From assembly GCA_963717145.1 (NCBI GenBank), contig OY970325.1, positions 5,216,001-5,280,000 of the forward strand: 64,000 nt of DNA. Reading direction: 5' to 3'. The notes beneath the pieces are model-generated. The model was not told where the DNA came from. It saw only the letters and a list, made by a program, of their open reading frames with translations, and made no database searches. The DNA is from an uncultured Armatimonadetes bacterium (GTDB taxonomy: Bacteria > Armatimonadota > UBA5829 > DTJY01). This document shows positions 49,684 to 59,368 of this stretch, piece by piece. The stretch's first letter is position 1. Every line of letters begins with the position of its first letter. A program made the position numbers and the translations under genes.

Positions 49684-50691
49684 CTATTCCTCTTCGATCA
49701 TCTGGTCGTAGAAGCCCACATAGTCGTGCGGGTTGTCGCCGGATCTCATCTTGATCGCCGTGCGGGGATGCATGTTCATCTGCCCGGTTATCATGTACGG
49801 GATCTTGTAGCCCCACTCCATGTCGCCCGCTTGCTCGAGCGGAAGGAAGACGTCCTGGATGCACTTCAACACCGGCCGAAGCTGGAACTTGGGATTCTTC
49901 AAGAATCCGAGCAGCAGTTCGAGCGGGCAGTTCCCCGCGCCTCGGCCCATCCCGTTGATCGTCGCATCGAGCCGGTTCGCGCCGACGATCAGCGACTCGA
50001 GCGTGTTGGCATAGGCGAGCATCTGATTGTTGTGCGCGTGGATGCCGATCTCGATATCCTTGCCCTCGACCGCCGCCAGGAATTGCAGAGTGAGGTCCCT
50101 GATCTGCTCCGAATAGTAGGATCCGAAGCTGTCGACGATATAGATCGCGCACAATGGCTGGTTCGACAGGATTTCGAGCGCCTCGCCGAGTTCACGCTCC
50201 TGCACCGTGGATATCGCCATCAGATTGACCGTCACGCGGTAGCCTTTGTCGTGCGCGTCTTTGATCATGTCGAGGGCCGTTGGAAGCTGGTGGATGTAGG
50301 TCGCGACCCGGACGATGTCGATCACGCTCTCGGACTTCGGGAGGATGTCATTGTGGTAGTCGGTCCGCTCGGCGTCGGCCATGACCGCGAGCTTCAGGTC
50401 GGTCGGATTGTCGTCCACGATGCGCCGCATGCAATCCTCGTCGCAGAACTTCCATTTGCCGTGCTCCGAGGGCGCAAAGATCTTCTTGTCGGCTTTGTAG
50501 CCGAGTTCCATCGCGTCGATTCCGGCGGCAACGCAGGTATCGTACACTGCCTTGACGAATCCATCCTCGAAGCCGTGATCGTTGATGAGGCCGCCGTCTC
50601 GAACGGTGCAGTCCAGAATCTTGATTTCGGGTCTGTATGTCAACCAGGTGCCCTTTGCCAACTGGTCTTTGACATGCTCCATTTTTGCCAT
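49684..50691 (-). CDS. DRE-TIM/HMGL-like aldolase family protein
   Basis: LDCTVRDGG, VDSFGS, GIHAHNN, GMGRGAGN. Confidence 0.85.
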   Translation of the reverse strand: MAKMEHVKDQLAKGTWLTYRPEIKILDCTVRDGGLINDHGFEDGFVKAVYDTCVAAGIDAMELGYKADKKIFAPSEHGKWKFCDEDCMRRIVDDNPTDLKLAVMADAERTDYHNDILPKSESVIDIVRVATYIHQLPTALDMIKDAHDKGYRVTVNLMAISTVQERELGEALEILSNQPLCAIYIVDSFGSYYSEQIRDLTLQFLAAVEGKDIEIGIHAHNNQMLAYANTLESLIVGANRLDATINGMGRGAGNCPLELLLGFLKNPKFQLRPVLKCIQDVFLPLEQAGDMEWGYKIPYMITGQMNMHPRTAIKMRSGDNPHDYVGFYDQMIEEE

Positions 50692-50867
50692 AGTGCTCTC
50701 CTGCCAATCGAATGTTAAGAATACGTCATATATTCGCACAAAACGCCGGTTCTGTCAATACCGAGAAACGGGAGACCTTAGACTTTGGACCTTGGACCGG
50801 CCACCCGGATCGTGGGAACTAGAGTCCAACGTCTAGGGTCTAGGATCTACCGCCACGGAGGAATCGC

Positions 50868-52352
50868 ATGAATGTCGATGACAACCTGAAGCTCTTCTAC
50901 GAGAAGCTGAAGGAGATGTACAATCTGCAGTGCATCGAGGCGCTGCTCGGATGGGACCACCAGGTCTACATGCCGCCGCAGAGCGCCCAGGCCCGGGCCG
51001 ACCAGCAGGAGTATATCTCGTGCCTCGCCCACCAGCGGGCGACCGACCCTGAGTTCTGTCGGGTGGTGGATGAACTCGCCGAGGCGCGTGAGAGCCTCTC
51101 GGAAATCGATCAGGTGAACGTTCGTGAGATCAAGAGAGGACTCGACATCGAGCGGAAGCTCCCCGAGGATTTCGTGGCGGAATTCGCGCAGGCCTCCTCG
51201 ACCGGTTACAGCATTTGGGCAGAGGCGCGCCCGAAGAACGATTGGTATGCCGTCGAGCCGGTCCTGGAGAGGATCTTCCAGTTATCGAAGCGCAGGGCGG
51301 ATCTCGTCGGCTACGAGGAGCATCCCTACGACGCGCTACTCGACATCTTCGAGCCCGGCATGAGGCTCTCACAGGTCAAGCCGCTCCTCCTTGATCTGGC
51401 CGACCAACTCAAGCAGATGATCCCACCGATCGCCGAGAGATTCAGCGGCGAGGGAAAGCTCAAGGGCCACTTCGATAAGGACTGCCAACACCGGTTTGTA
51501 TCCAAGGTCGCGAGCGATCTCGGCTTCGACTTCCAACAGGGACGGCTCGATACGACCGCGCATCCCTTCATGACGTCCATCGGCCCGCATGACTTCCGGA
51601 TCACGACTCGCTACAACGAGGGCAACTTGCTCGCCGGGCTGTACGGAACTATGCACGAAACCGGCCACGCCCTCTACGAGATGGGCCTCCCGAAGGAGCG
51701 CGCCGGCACTCCGAGGGGTGAATCGGTGTCCCTCGGGATCCACGAGTCGCAATCGCGGTTCTGGGAGAACCTAGTCGGCCGGTCCCGCGAGTTCTGTGGG
51801 CACCTGATCGGAGTAATGAGGGAGTTCTTCCCGGAGCAGACCGGTGCATTGACCTGCGACGACCTGTGGAAGCGCGTGAACCAGGTCGAGCCGAGCCTCA
51901 TCCGCGTCGAAGCGGACGAGGTCACGTACAACCAGCACATCGTGATCCGCATGCTCCTGGAGGAGCGCCTTATCACCGGCGACCTGAGCGTATCCGATCT
52001 CCCCGGCGCGTGGGATGACCTCTACGAGGAGTACCTGGGCGTCCGATCGCCCGACGCGAAGGACGGCGTGATGCAGGACATGCACTGGTACACCGGCGGG
52101 GTCGGCTACTTCCCGACGTATTCGCTCGGGAACCTCTACGGCGCTATGATGATGCAGACGGCCCGTGAGGCGCTCCCGGATATGCCGCGTCAGATCGAGC
52201 GCGGGGAGTTCGCACCACTACTCGCCTGGCTGAGGACGAACGTCCACCAATACGGCATGACGTTTCGCGCCGCCGACCTGATTCGCCATATCACCGGGCA
52301 CGACCTCAGCGATCAGCCGTTTGTCGAGTATCTGAGAGCCAAGTTCATGTAG
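50868..52352 (+). CDS. Carboxypeptidase M32
   Basis: HPF, RITTRY, HETGH, HESQSR, IRVEADE, GYFPTY. Confidence 0.95.
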   Translation: MNVDDNLKLFYEKLKEMYNLQCIEALLGWDHQVYMPPQSAQARADQQEYISCLAHQRATDPEFCRVVDELAEARESLSEIDQVNVREIKRGLDIERKLPEDFVAEFAQASSTGYSIWAEARPKNDWYAVEPVLERIFQLSKRRADLVGYEEHPYDALLDIFEPGMRLSQVKPLLLDLADQLKQMIPPIAERFSGEGKLKGHFDKDCQHRFVSKVASDLGFDFQQGRLDTTAHPFMTSIGPHDFRITTRYNEGNLLAGLYGTMHETGHALYEMGLPKERAGTPRGESVSLGIHESQSRFWENLVGRSREFCGHLIGVMREFFPEQTGALTCDDLWKRVNQVEPSLIRVEADEVTYNQHIVIRMLLEERLITGDLSVSDLPGAWDDLYEEYLGVRSPDAKDGVMQDMHWYTGGVGYFPTYSLGNLYGAMMMQTAREALPDMPRQIERGEFAPLLAWLRTNVHQYGMTFRAADLIRHITGHDLSDQPFVEYLRAKFM

Positions 52353-52385
52353 TGTCCGACCGGTCCGACATCCAAGGAGGTACCA

Positions 52386-53150
52386 ATGAGCCCATTTGTT
52401 GCAGGCCGCGAGTTCCTCAAGGCCCACGTGTGGAAGGAGTTCAGCGACCAGAAGCTTGTCACCGGCCAGAGTATGGGAGCGCCCAGACCTGATCCCGAGA
52501 AGCCGTTCCCGAGCGACGCCCGGCTGATCGACCTCGTCGATCCCGCCGACTTCACGGTTGGCGACGTCCCGATCAAGGACGTCATCCGCCGCAGACGAAG
52601 CCGGCGGAAGTTCACAGACGAGGCGCTGTCACTCGAAGAGTTGTCGTACCTGCTCTGGGCGACCCAGGGCGTTACGAAGGCCGCGAACCTCCGAGACGGT
52701 GTCCTCACGTACCGGACGGTCCCGGCGGGAGGCGCGCTTCAGCCGTTCGAGACCTACCTGGCCGTCAACCGGGTCACCGGCGTCGAAGCGGGCCTGTACC
52801 GATACCTCCCGATGGAGCACAAGCTGCTCTTCATGCGCTCGGATCCCGATCTCATGGAGAAGGCTGCCCTCGGGTGCGCCGGTCAGGACTTCGTGGCGAC
52901 GAGCGCGGTCGTCTTCATCTGGACGTGTCTCCCGTACCGCAAGGAATGGCGGTATTCGGTCGCCGCGCACAAGATCATCGCCCAGGACTCCGGCCATCTC
53001 TGCCAGAACCTCTATCTCGCTGCCGAGTCGGTCGGCGGCGGGACGTGTGCGATCGGGGCATACTTCCAGGAGGAGATGGACACCCTTCTGAGCGTCGACG
53101 GCGAGGACGAGTTCACCATCTACGTCGCCCCGGTGGGGAAGGTCGGGTAG
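52386..53150 (+). CDS. SagB/ThcOx family dehydrogenase (nitroreductase fold)
   Basis: RRSRRKF, LSYLLWATQG, RTVPAGGA, GLYRY, GH.CQNLYL. Confidence 0.9.
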   Translation: MSPFVAGREFLKAHVWKEFSDQKLVTGQSMGAPRPDPEKPFPSDARLIDLVDPADFTVGDVPIKDVIRRRRSRRKFTDEALSLEELSYLLWATQGVTKAANLRDGVLTYRTVPAGGALQPFETYLAVNRVTGVEAGLYRYLPMEHKLLFMRSDPDLMEKAALGCAGQDFVATSAVVFIWTCLPYRKEWRYSVAAHKIIAQDSGHLCQNLYLAAESVGGGTCAIGAYFQEEMDTLLSVDGEDEFTIYVAPVGKVG

Positions 53151-53221
53151 TGAGCAGTAAATGGTGAACGGTGAGCAGTGAGTTCCGAGACCGTTCACCG
53201 TTTACTGCTTACCGTTCACCG
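53150..53221. repeat. Heptamer (GTGARCR-like) inverted array between convergent genes
   Basis: GTGAGCAGTAAATGGTGAACGGTGAGCAGTGAG...CCGTTCACCGTTTACTGCTTACCGTTCACC. Confidence 0.7.
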
Positions 53222-53224
53222 GCC

Positions 53225-53686
53225 CTACTCCGCCCAGTGGAAGCACGAATCCCCGAGCAGCGTCTGGATGTAGTTGATCTGGCCGTCGTGATAGGTCATG
53301 TGGCTGATCGGCAGGAGGATCGCCTCTCCGATCCGGAACTTCGCGCCCCAGGGCATCGTGACCTCCCTGTCCAGGTCGGCCTCGCTCAGCGAGTCGAGTA
53401 CCAGGCAAGCCTTCTCGGCGCTCTCGATGACCAGCTTCCCGAGCGCTTCCAGGGTCGTCGCCTGATCCACTCGCTTGTTGAACTCCTCATCGGGCGCCGC
53501 ACATGCGATGGCGACTCCGAGCATGACATTGCTCCGCGCGATCTCGGCGAGGATATCCTTGGCGGTTTTCGCACATCCCGCCGGGCAGAAGCAGAACTTA
53601 TCCTCGGGTATGTACTTCGCGTCCTTCACGATAAGTTCGGCCTGGCGCATCGTCCCGCCCTTAGCCATCTCGATGATCGAAGCCAT
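53225..53686 (-). CDS. DinB family protein
   Basis: HMTYHDGQINY C-terminal motif; helical, 153 aa; GGAGG upstream. Confidence 0.8.
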   Translation of the reverse strand: MASIIEMAKGGTMRQAELIVKDAKYIPEDKFCFCPAGCAKTAKDILAEIARSNVMLGVAIACAAPDEEFNKRVDQATTLEALGKLVIESAEKACLVLDSLSEADLDREVTMPWGAKFRIGEAILLPISHMTYHDGQINYIQTLLGDSCFHWAE

Positions 53687-53710
53687 TCTCTCTACCTCCT
53701 TCAGAAATCC

Positions 53711-53888
53711 TACTCATACTCATACTCATACTCATACTCATACTCAATCCGGGGCGAAGCATTGGCGATTCTGTCCCGAAGTCGGCGCAGTCCGAAGGGC
53801 CAATGCTTCGCCCCTACATCCTGGGCGGAGAACTGGCGATTCTGTCCCGAAGTCGGTACAGTCCGATTGGCCGATGTTTCGCCCCTAC
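53711..53888. repeat. (TACTCA)6 followed by two tandem ~71-bp GGGGCGAAGCA..TGCTTCGCCCCTAC REP-like units
   Basis: SSR 53711-53746; units 53751-53817 and 53823-53888 share CTGTCCCGAAGTCGG core. Confidence 0.85.
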
Positions 53889-54137
53889 ACCCGGAGATGT
53901 CTGGTCTAGCGCAGCTTTCTTCTGCGGCAACTACGGTATATATACCGTGCTGTACTTGCCGCATAGTGCGGTAAGTCGCGCACTCCCCCAGGACGTGCCG
54001 TTGCCGCCGTCCCGCCGGATGGCCGGCACGGAGGCACGGCCACTACGGTTTTCGTCGCACCGGCCTGCTTGTCCTGCGAGGCAGGGAAACGGATGGTTTA
54101 CAATCCCGGGCGCTTTCCACTATCATTGTCCCACGCA

Positions 54138-56117
54138 ATGAACACCCCGACAGCACCCGGAACCGATACGGCAACACGATACGACCGCGTCACACCGCGC
54201 GCGGTGATCCTGTCGCTCATCCTTGCGGTCATCAACGACTACTGGCTTGTCCAGATCGAGGTCGTGCGCTACTCCTTCGCCACCTATGCCGCGCCGTTCT
54301 ACAACTGCATCTTCACCCTCCTGGTCGTCACGGCGGCGAGCTTCCTTGTCAAGCGGCGATTCCCGCGGCTCGCGCTCAGCCGGGTCGAGCTGATAACCGT
54401 CTACGTCATGCTCTCGATCACCAGCGCCGTCTGCTCCCACAACATGATGGAGGTGCTCGTCTCGCTGATGGGCTACGCGTTCTTCTTCCAGACGCCGGAG
54501 AACGGGTGGGGCAAGCTCTTCATCGACAAGATTCCGAAGTGGCTGACTGTAAGTGACCCGGAGAGCCTGAAGCACTTCTATTACGGGCACTCCACGCTCT
54601 ACGATCCGGTCAACTACACTCCGTGGATCGTGCCGGTGCTCTCGTGGTCGGCGTTCTCGGCAGTCCTGCTCTTCACCATGCTGTGCATCAACAGCATCCT
54701 CCGCAAGCAGTGGGTCGAGGCCGAGCGGCTGACCTTCCCGTGTATCATGCTCCCCCTCGAGATGACCGAAGAATCCGGCTCGCTCTTCCGAAACCGCTAC
54801 ATGTGGATGGGGTTCGCCATCGCCGGTTTCCTCACGTTTCTGGCCGGCCTCAACTATCTCTATCCATCGATCCCCTGCGTTCGGATCGTGCGCCAGAACT
54901 TCGGGCAGTACATCGTGAACCCACCGTGGAATGCGATCGGCGCGATCATCGTCGGCTTCTACTTCTGGGCGATCGGGATCGCGTTCCTGATGCCGCTCGA
55001 GCTTTCGTTCTCATGCTGGTTCTTCTACTGGGTCGTCAAGATGGAGATAGTCGGCACGCGGATCCTGGGCCTTAACGAGCTGAATGTCGTCGGCGGGAGC
55101 TTCGACCGGACCTATCCGTTCCTGATCTCGCAGTCCTACGGCGGGTACCTCGGCTTCTTCGCGATGAGCATGTGGTCGAGCCGCCGCTACCTCAGGCGCG
55201 TCTTCCGGACCGCCTTCCTCGGCACGAAGGAGGAGGACGAGTCCCGGGAGGCCCTGAGTTACCGATCGGCGATCCTCGGCCTGATCGGAGGACTGCTGTT
55301 CCTGGGCACATTCGCCTACCGAATGGGCATGTCGATCCCGATCATCATCGCATTCTTCGTGCTCTATCTGACATTCGCGATCATCATCAGCCGCATCCGG
55401 GCCGAACTCGGCTTCCCGACTCACGATATGCACCAGATGAACCCACCGTACCCCATCACGACGGCTTTGGGCACGGAGAACATCGACGCGCAGAACCTGG
55501 TCGGCTTCTCGCTGTTCTACTGGTTCAACCGCACCTACGCGAGCCATCCGTCACCGCACCAGTTGGAGGCGTTCAAGCTGTCGGAGCGAGTCGGCAATCC
55601 CGCGAGGCAGATGTTCTTCGCCGTCATGATCGCCGGCATCTTCGCGCTCCCGATCGGATTCTGGAAGCTCCTGCACACGTACTACCACAACGGCGGCGCG
55701 ACGGCCAACATGGAGATGTGGGCGCTCACGTTCGGAAGCGAGGCTTGGAACAGGCTCGGCACGTGGATCAAGCAGCCGACCCAGCCGAGCGTGCTCTCGC
55801 TCGGGTTCGTTGGCGTCGGGTTCGCGATTTCGACGATCCTCGCGTGGCTGAGAATGCGGTTCTTCTGGTTCCCATTCCATCCGCTCGCGTATGCCCTCGG
55901 CCCGAGTTGGGGGATCGCGCAACTCTGGATGCCGATCTTCATCGGGAGCACCGCCAAATTCCTCGTGCTGCGGTTCGGGGGACTCAAGCAGTACCGGAAG
56001 GCGATCCCTTTCTTCTTCGGGCTGATCCTCGGCGAGATCACGGTCGGAAGCCTCTGGACGATCATCGGGATCGTGCTCGGCATCCCGACCTACGACTTCT
56101 GGCCGGGGAAGATGTAG
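54138..56117 (+). CDS. DUF6785/DUF6784-type membrane protein, paralog 3
   Basis: ILRKQWVEAERLTFP, RIRAELG, WFPFHPLAY. Confidence 0.82.
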   Translation: MNTPTAPGTDTATRYDRVTPRAVILSLILAVINDYWLVQIEVVRYSFATYAAPFYNCIFTLLVVTAASFLVKRRFPRLALSRVELITVYVMLSITSAVCSHNMMEVLVSLMGYAFFFQTPENGWGKLFIDKIPKWLTVSDPESLKHFYYGHSTLYDPVNYTPWIVPVLSWSAFSAVLLFTMLCINSILRKQWVEAERLTFPCIMLPLEMTEESGSLFRNRYMWMGFAIAGFLTFLAGLNYLYPSIPCVRIVRQNFGQYIVNPPWNAIGAIIVGFYFWAIGIAFLMPLELSFSCWFFYWVVKMEIVGTRILGLNELNVVGGSFDRTYPFLISQSYGGYLGFFAMSMWSSRRYLRRVFRTAFLGTKEEDESREALSYRSAILGLIGGLLFLGTFAYRMGMSIPIIIAFFVLYLTFAIIISRIRAELGFPTHDMHQMNPPYPITTALGTENIDAQNLVGFSLFYWFNRTYASHPSPHQLEAFKLSERVGNPARQMFFAVMIAGIFALPIGFWKLLHTYYHNGGATANMEMWALTFGSEAWNRLGTWIKQPTQPSVLSLGFVGVGFAISTILAWLRMRFFWFPFHPLAYALGPSWGIAQLWMPIFIGSTAKFLVLRFGGLKQYRKAIPFFFGLILGEITVGSLWTIIGIVLGIPTYDFWPGKM

Positions 56118-56218
56118 GCCGGAGTTCCGTCATGCACCGCTTGACGCTGTCCCCGAAATACCGGATAATCACTTATGGAAACCAACTCCGTGTTGGAACA
56201 CGTCATGGAGGATATCCG

Positions 56219-57334
56219 ATGCGTATAACTCTCGTAATACTGGCTCTGCTCAGCATAGTCACAGCGGCCTGCGCGGCCGATGGTCAAGCATTCCTCGGCA
56301 TGTTTGCCGAGACGAGCATCATGCAGATCGCGGGCATGCCCGAGATGCCGCCCATTCCGCCCGGCATCGAGATGCCGAACATCCCCGGCATGGAGGGGAT
56401 GATGAGCATGGGCAAACCCGTCCGATCGTTCACCGTGAGACTCTGGTCGCCTGGGATCGCTCCGGAGGGCGCAACGGCAGGCATCGTTCCGCCCGAGGGC
56501 CTGAAACAGGGGAACAGACTCGACCTCGAACTCTATCGACCCAAGGCCGAGAAGTCCGAAACCGGCGGTGAGACCGGTCCGGGCCAGGATGGGGGCAAGA
56601 TTCCCGACTTCACGATCAAGTACTACTGGGGATCGTCCGCCACAGTCAGGCCCGGCCAGCCGAAGATCATCAGCTCGAAGTCGATGACCGCTGAAGCGAA
56701 ACAGCTTATGGAGAAGGAGCGACCGGCGGCCAGGGGAGGCTCATCCTACTTCTACAAGCCCGACTGGACCACCGCATACTGGCCGACCAAGAAGCAGCCC
56801 GGCAAGATCGCCAAGGATGCGGCGCTGCCCGGGAAGTACGCCCTGACGACCAGCTACACCGGCAATGTCGAACTCGATTGCCCGCCGAACGTCGACTTCC
56901 TCGCGCCGATCAAGCTCGTCAGCCCGAGCCTGGCGGATCCGGTGGATCTCTCCGGCGTCTTGACGCTCAAATGGAAGCCGATCCCGAACCTGCTCGGCTC
57001 TCATGCCGTCATCATGGGCATGGAGGGCAAGGACACGCTCATCATGTGGAGTTCCGCCGAAATCTGGCGCGACGATATCATGTCGGTCGACTGGGGCTAC
57101 CTCCAGATGGCGGAAGTCCAGCAGTATGTCAAGGACCAGATCATGATGCCCGGCGCGCAGACGCAGTTTGTCGTCCCCGCGGGCATCTTCAAGGAGAGCG
57201 ATATGGCCTCGCTAACGATGACCGGTTATGGCCCGGGCGCGGCTCGAATGGACACTCAGCCGCTGCCCCGCATCCAGACCAAGACGAAGCTCACAGTCCA
57301 GCTCGGCGGCAAAGCCGTCGGGGAGATGAAGTGA
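56219..57334 (+). CDS. Secreted hypothetical protein with Met/Pro-rich N-terminal segment
   Basis: Signal peptide MRITLVILALL; GGAGG RBS; TTGACG-17-GATAAT promoter at 56141-56169. Confidence 0.75.
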   Translation: MRITLVILALLSIVTAACAADGQAFLGMFAETSIMQIAGMPEMPPIPPGIEMPNIPGMEGMMSMGKPVRSFTVRLWSPGIAPEGATAGIVPPEGLKQGNRLDLELYRPKAEKSETGGETGPGQDGGKIPDFTIKYYWGSSATVRPGQPKIISSKSMTAEAKQLMEKERPAARGGSSYFYKPDWTTAYWPTKKQPGKIAKDAALPGKYALTTSYTGNVELDCPPNVDFLAPIKLVSPSLADPVDLSGVLTLKWKPIPNLLGSHAVIMGMEGKDTLIMWSSAEIWRDDIMSVDWGYLQMAEVQQYVKDQIMMPGAQTQFVVPAGIFKESDMASLTMTGYGPGAARMDTQPLPRIQTKTKLTVQLGGKAVGEMK

Positions 57335-57339
57335 CCATG

Positions 57340-57408
57340 GGCTGTAGGGGCGCGCCTTGTGCCGCCCGAGATAGGGCTGCGGGCGGCACAAGGCGCGCCC
57401 CTACAGCC
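57340..57408. repeat. GTAGGGGCG-family REP doublet with compensatory change
   Basis: GTAGGGGCGCGCCTTGTGCCGCCCG...CGGGCGGCACAAGGCGCGCCCCTAC. Confidence 0.9.
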
Positions 57409-57431
57409 TAAGTGTCTAAGAGGAACTCATC

Positions 57432-58941
57432 ATGGCGGATGAAACCAGATTGACGAGACTCGAGCCCGGCATGCCGATACTCATCGGCGGCGACCGGGTC
57501 GTGCACGTCTCGCAGGAATTGGCGGACAGGTTCCGGCCCGGTGACAAGCTGATCGTCGTGCGCAAGACCGGCGAGATACTGCACATACCCGCGGCCGTCG
57601 ACCAACTGGCGACCGAGGCCGTCAGCCGCGCCCTTCAGGCATTCCGTGACCAGCAGAGCGCATCGGACGAGCAGTTCACGCTGTTCTACAATTCGTTCGC
57701 AGGCCGCCTCGCCGACGACGCGGTATGGAACGAGATCGCCAGGATCAACGTGCAGGATGTCGATCGCGCGAAGTCCAAGGGGCGCTCGACCACGCGCCTC
57801 GTCGCCGGCGACAAGATGCGTCGGGACATGATCGCCGGACTTGCACAGTGGGCGGAACTGGAATCGCGACGTGACAAGGTGACCGGCCGGGTCGAGCACG
57901 AGGGCTGGGTCGTCGAGGAGGTCGTCAGCCCGTGCGGGGTCGTCGCGTTCGTGTTCGAGGGGCGGCCGAACGTCCTGGCCGACGCGACCGGCGTGCTCCG
58001 GAGCGGCAACACCGCCGTCTTCCGCATCGGAAGCGACGCCCTGAACACGGCACAAGCGATCATGGAACTCGCGCTCCGGCCCGCGTTGATCGACGCCGGA
58101 CTGCCCGAGTATTCCGTCACGCTTCTGGAGAGCGCCGAGCATTCCGCCGGATGGGCGCTCTTCGCCGATCCCAGGCTCGCGCTGGCGGTCGCTCGCGGAA
58201 CGGGCCGAACGGTCGATACACCTGGGCGCCATCGCCCGGGAGGCCGGGAACGACGTGAGCCTCCATGGAACCGGCGGCGGGTGGATCATCGCCGATACCC
58301 ACGCCGACCCCGACAAGTTCGAACTCGCGGTCTACAATTCCCTCGACCGCAAGGTCTGCAACACGGTCACTGTGATCTGCATCCCCCACTCGCGGGCGGG
58401 CGATCTCGTCCCGAAGCTCTTGAGCGCCCTTCAGAAACGCGGCGAGAAGCTCGGACACGGCTACCGGCTGCACGTCGCTCACGGGAGTGAGGACATAATC
58501 CCCAAGGAGCTGTTCACCACCGAGACCGAGGTCCTCCGGGCAACCGGCGCGGTGCACGAGTTGACCGCGACCGTCTGGCCCGCCGATCAGCTCGGCCACG
58601 AGTGGGAGTGGGAGCAGACGCCCGAGGTCACGGTGGTCGCGATCCACGATCTCGATGAGGGTATCCGGCTCTTCAACGAGCAGTCGCCGCTGATGGTGGC
58701 GTCGCTGATCAGCGAGGATGAGGCCGCGCACGAGAAGCTCCTACGGGAACTGAACGCGCCATTCATCGGGAACGGCTTCACTCGCTGGGTCGACGGCCAG
58801 TACGCGCTCTGTCGCCCGGAACTCGGGCTCTCGAACTGGCAGAACGGCCGGCTCCTCGCCCGCGCCGCGGTCCTCACCGGCGACGGTGTCTTTACCGTGA
58901 AGTTGAGGGTCAAGCAGTCCGATCCGGACGTGCATCGGTAG
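57432..58941 (+). CDS. Glutamate-5-semialdehyde dehydrogenase (ProA)-like aldehyde dehydrogenase; single frameshift at ~58221
   Basis: P.GVVAFVFEGRPNV, RSGNT...R.GSDA, ARG, HGTG, VCNT, TR..DG...ELG.S; removing one C gives VDTLGAIAREAG. Confidence 0.75.
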
Positions 58942-59003
58942 TCCGTAGGGGAGGCCTTCGACGGCCTCCCGCCCGCCTGTGGACCGATTGGAGGGTTGAC
59001 GAC

Positions 59004-59231
59004 ATGGCTTCTTCGCCCAGTATGCCGGCAAAGCGAATTCCGTGGAAGATCGCTCTACGGGTCTTGTTCTTTGTCGGTGCTTCCTACCTGGCCTTCAGAA
59101 GATGGACACAGTGGCAGAACGGCGATTCGACTGCCGTCCTGTTCGCCATTGTCTGGGTGCTTGTAGCCCTGAGTCAGTTGCTCCAGATAGTGTACCCAAA
59201 CCTGCTATCGAAGCCTGATAGGCCCGAGTGA
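59004..59231 (+). CDS. Small two-helix membrane protein
   Basis: 75 aa, two hydrophobic segments, GGAGG upstream. Confidence 0.55.
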   Translation: MASSPSMPAKRIPWKIALRVLFFVGASYLAFRRWTQWQNGDSTAVLFAIVWVLVALSQLLQIVYPNLLSKPDRPE

Positions 59232-59368
59232 CTGCTTCCTCACCACCGAATGGCGAGGCTATCGATGTCCAAACAAGCTGAAGCAAGCTAGTTTGAGTCC
59301 GAGCTTGCCTCAGCTTGCTTCTCGTACCACTGGCCTGGGGATTTGATGCCCAGGCAGTCGAGGACCAT

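Noticed and set aside
52386-53150. RiPP (azole) biosynthetic cluster around the SagB-like gene
   Set aside because: No YcaO cyclodehydratase or precursor peptide nearby; stand-alone SagB-like genes are common
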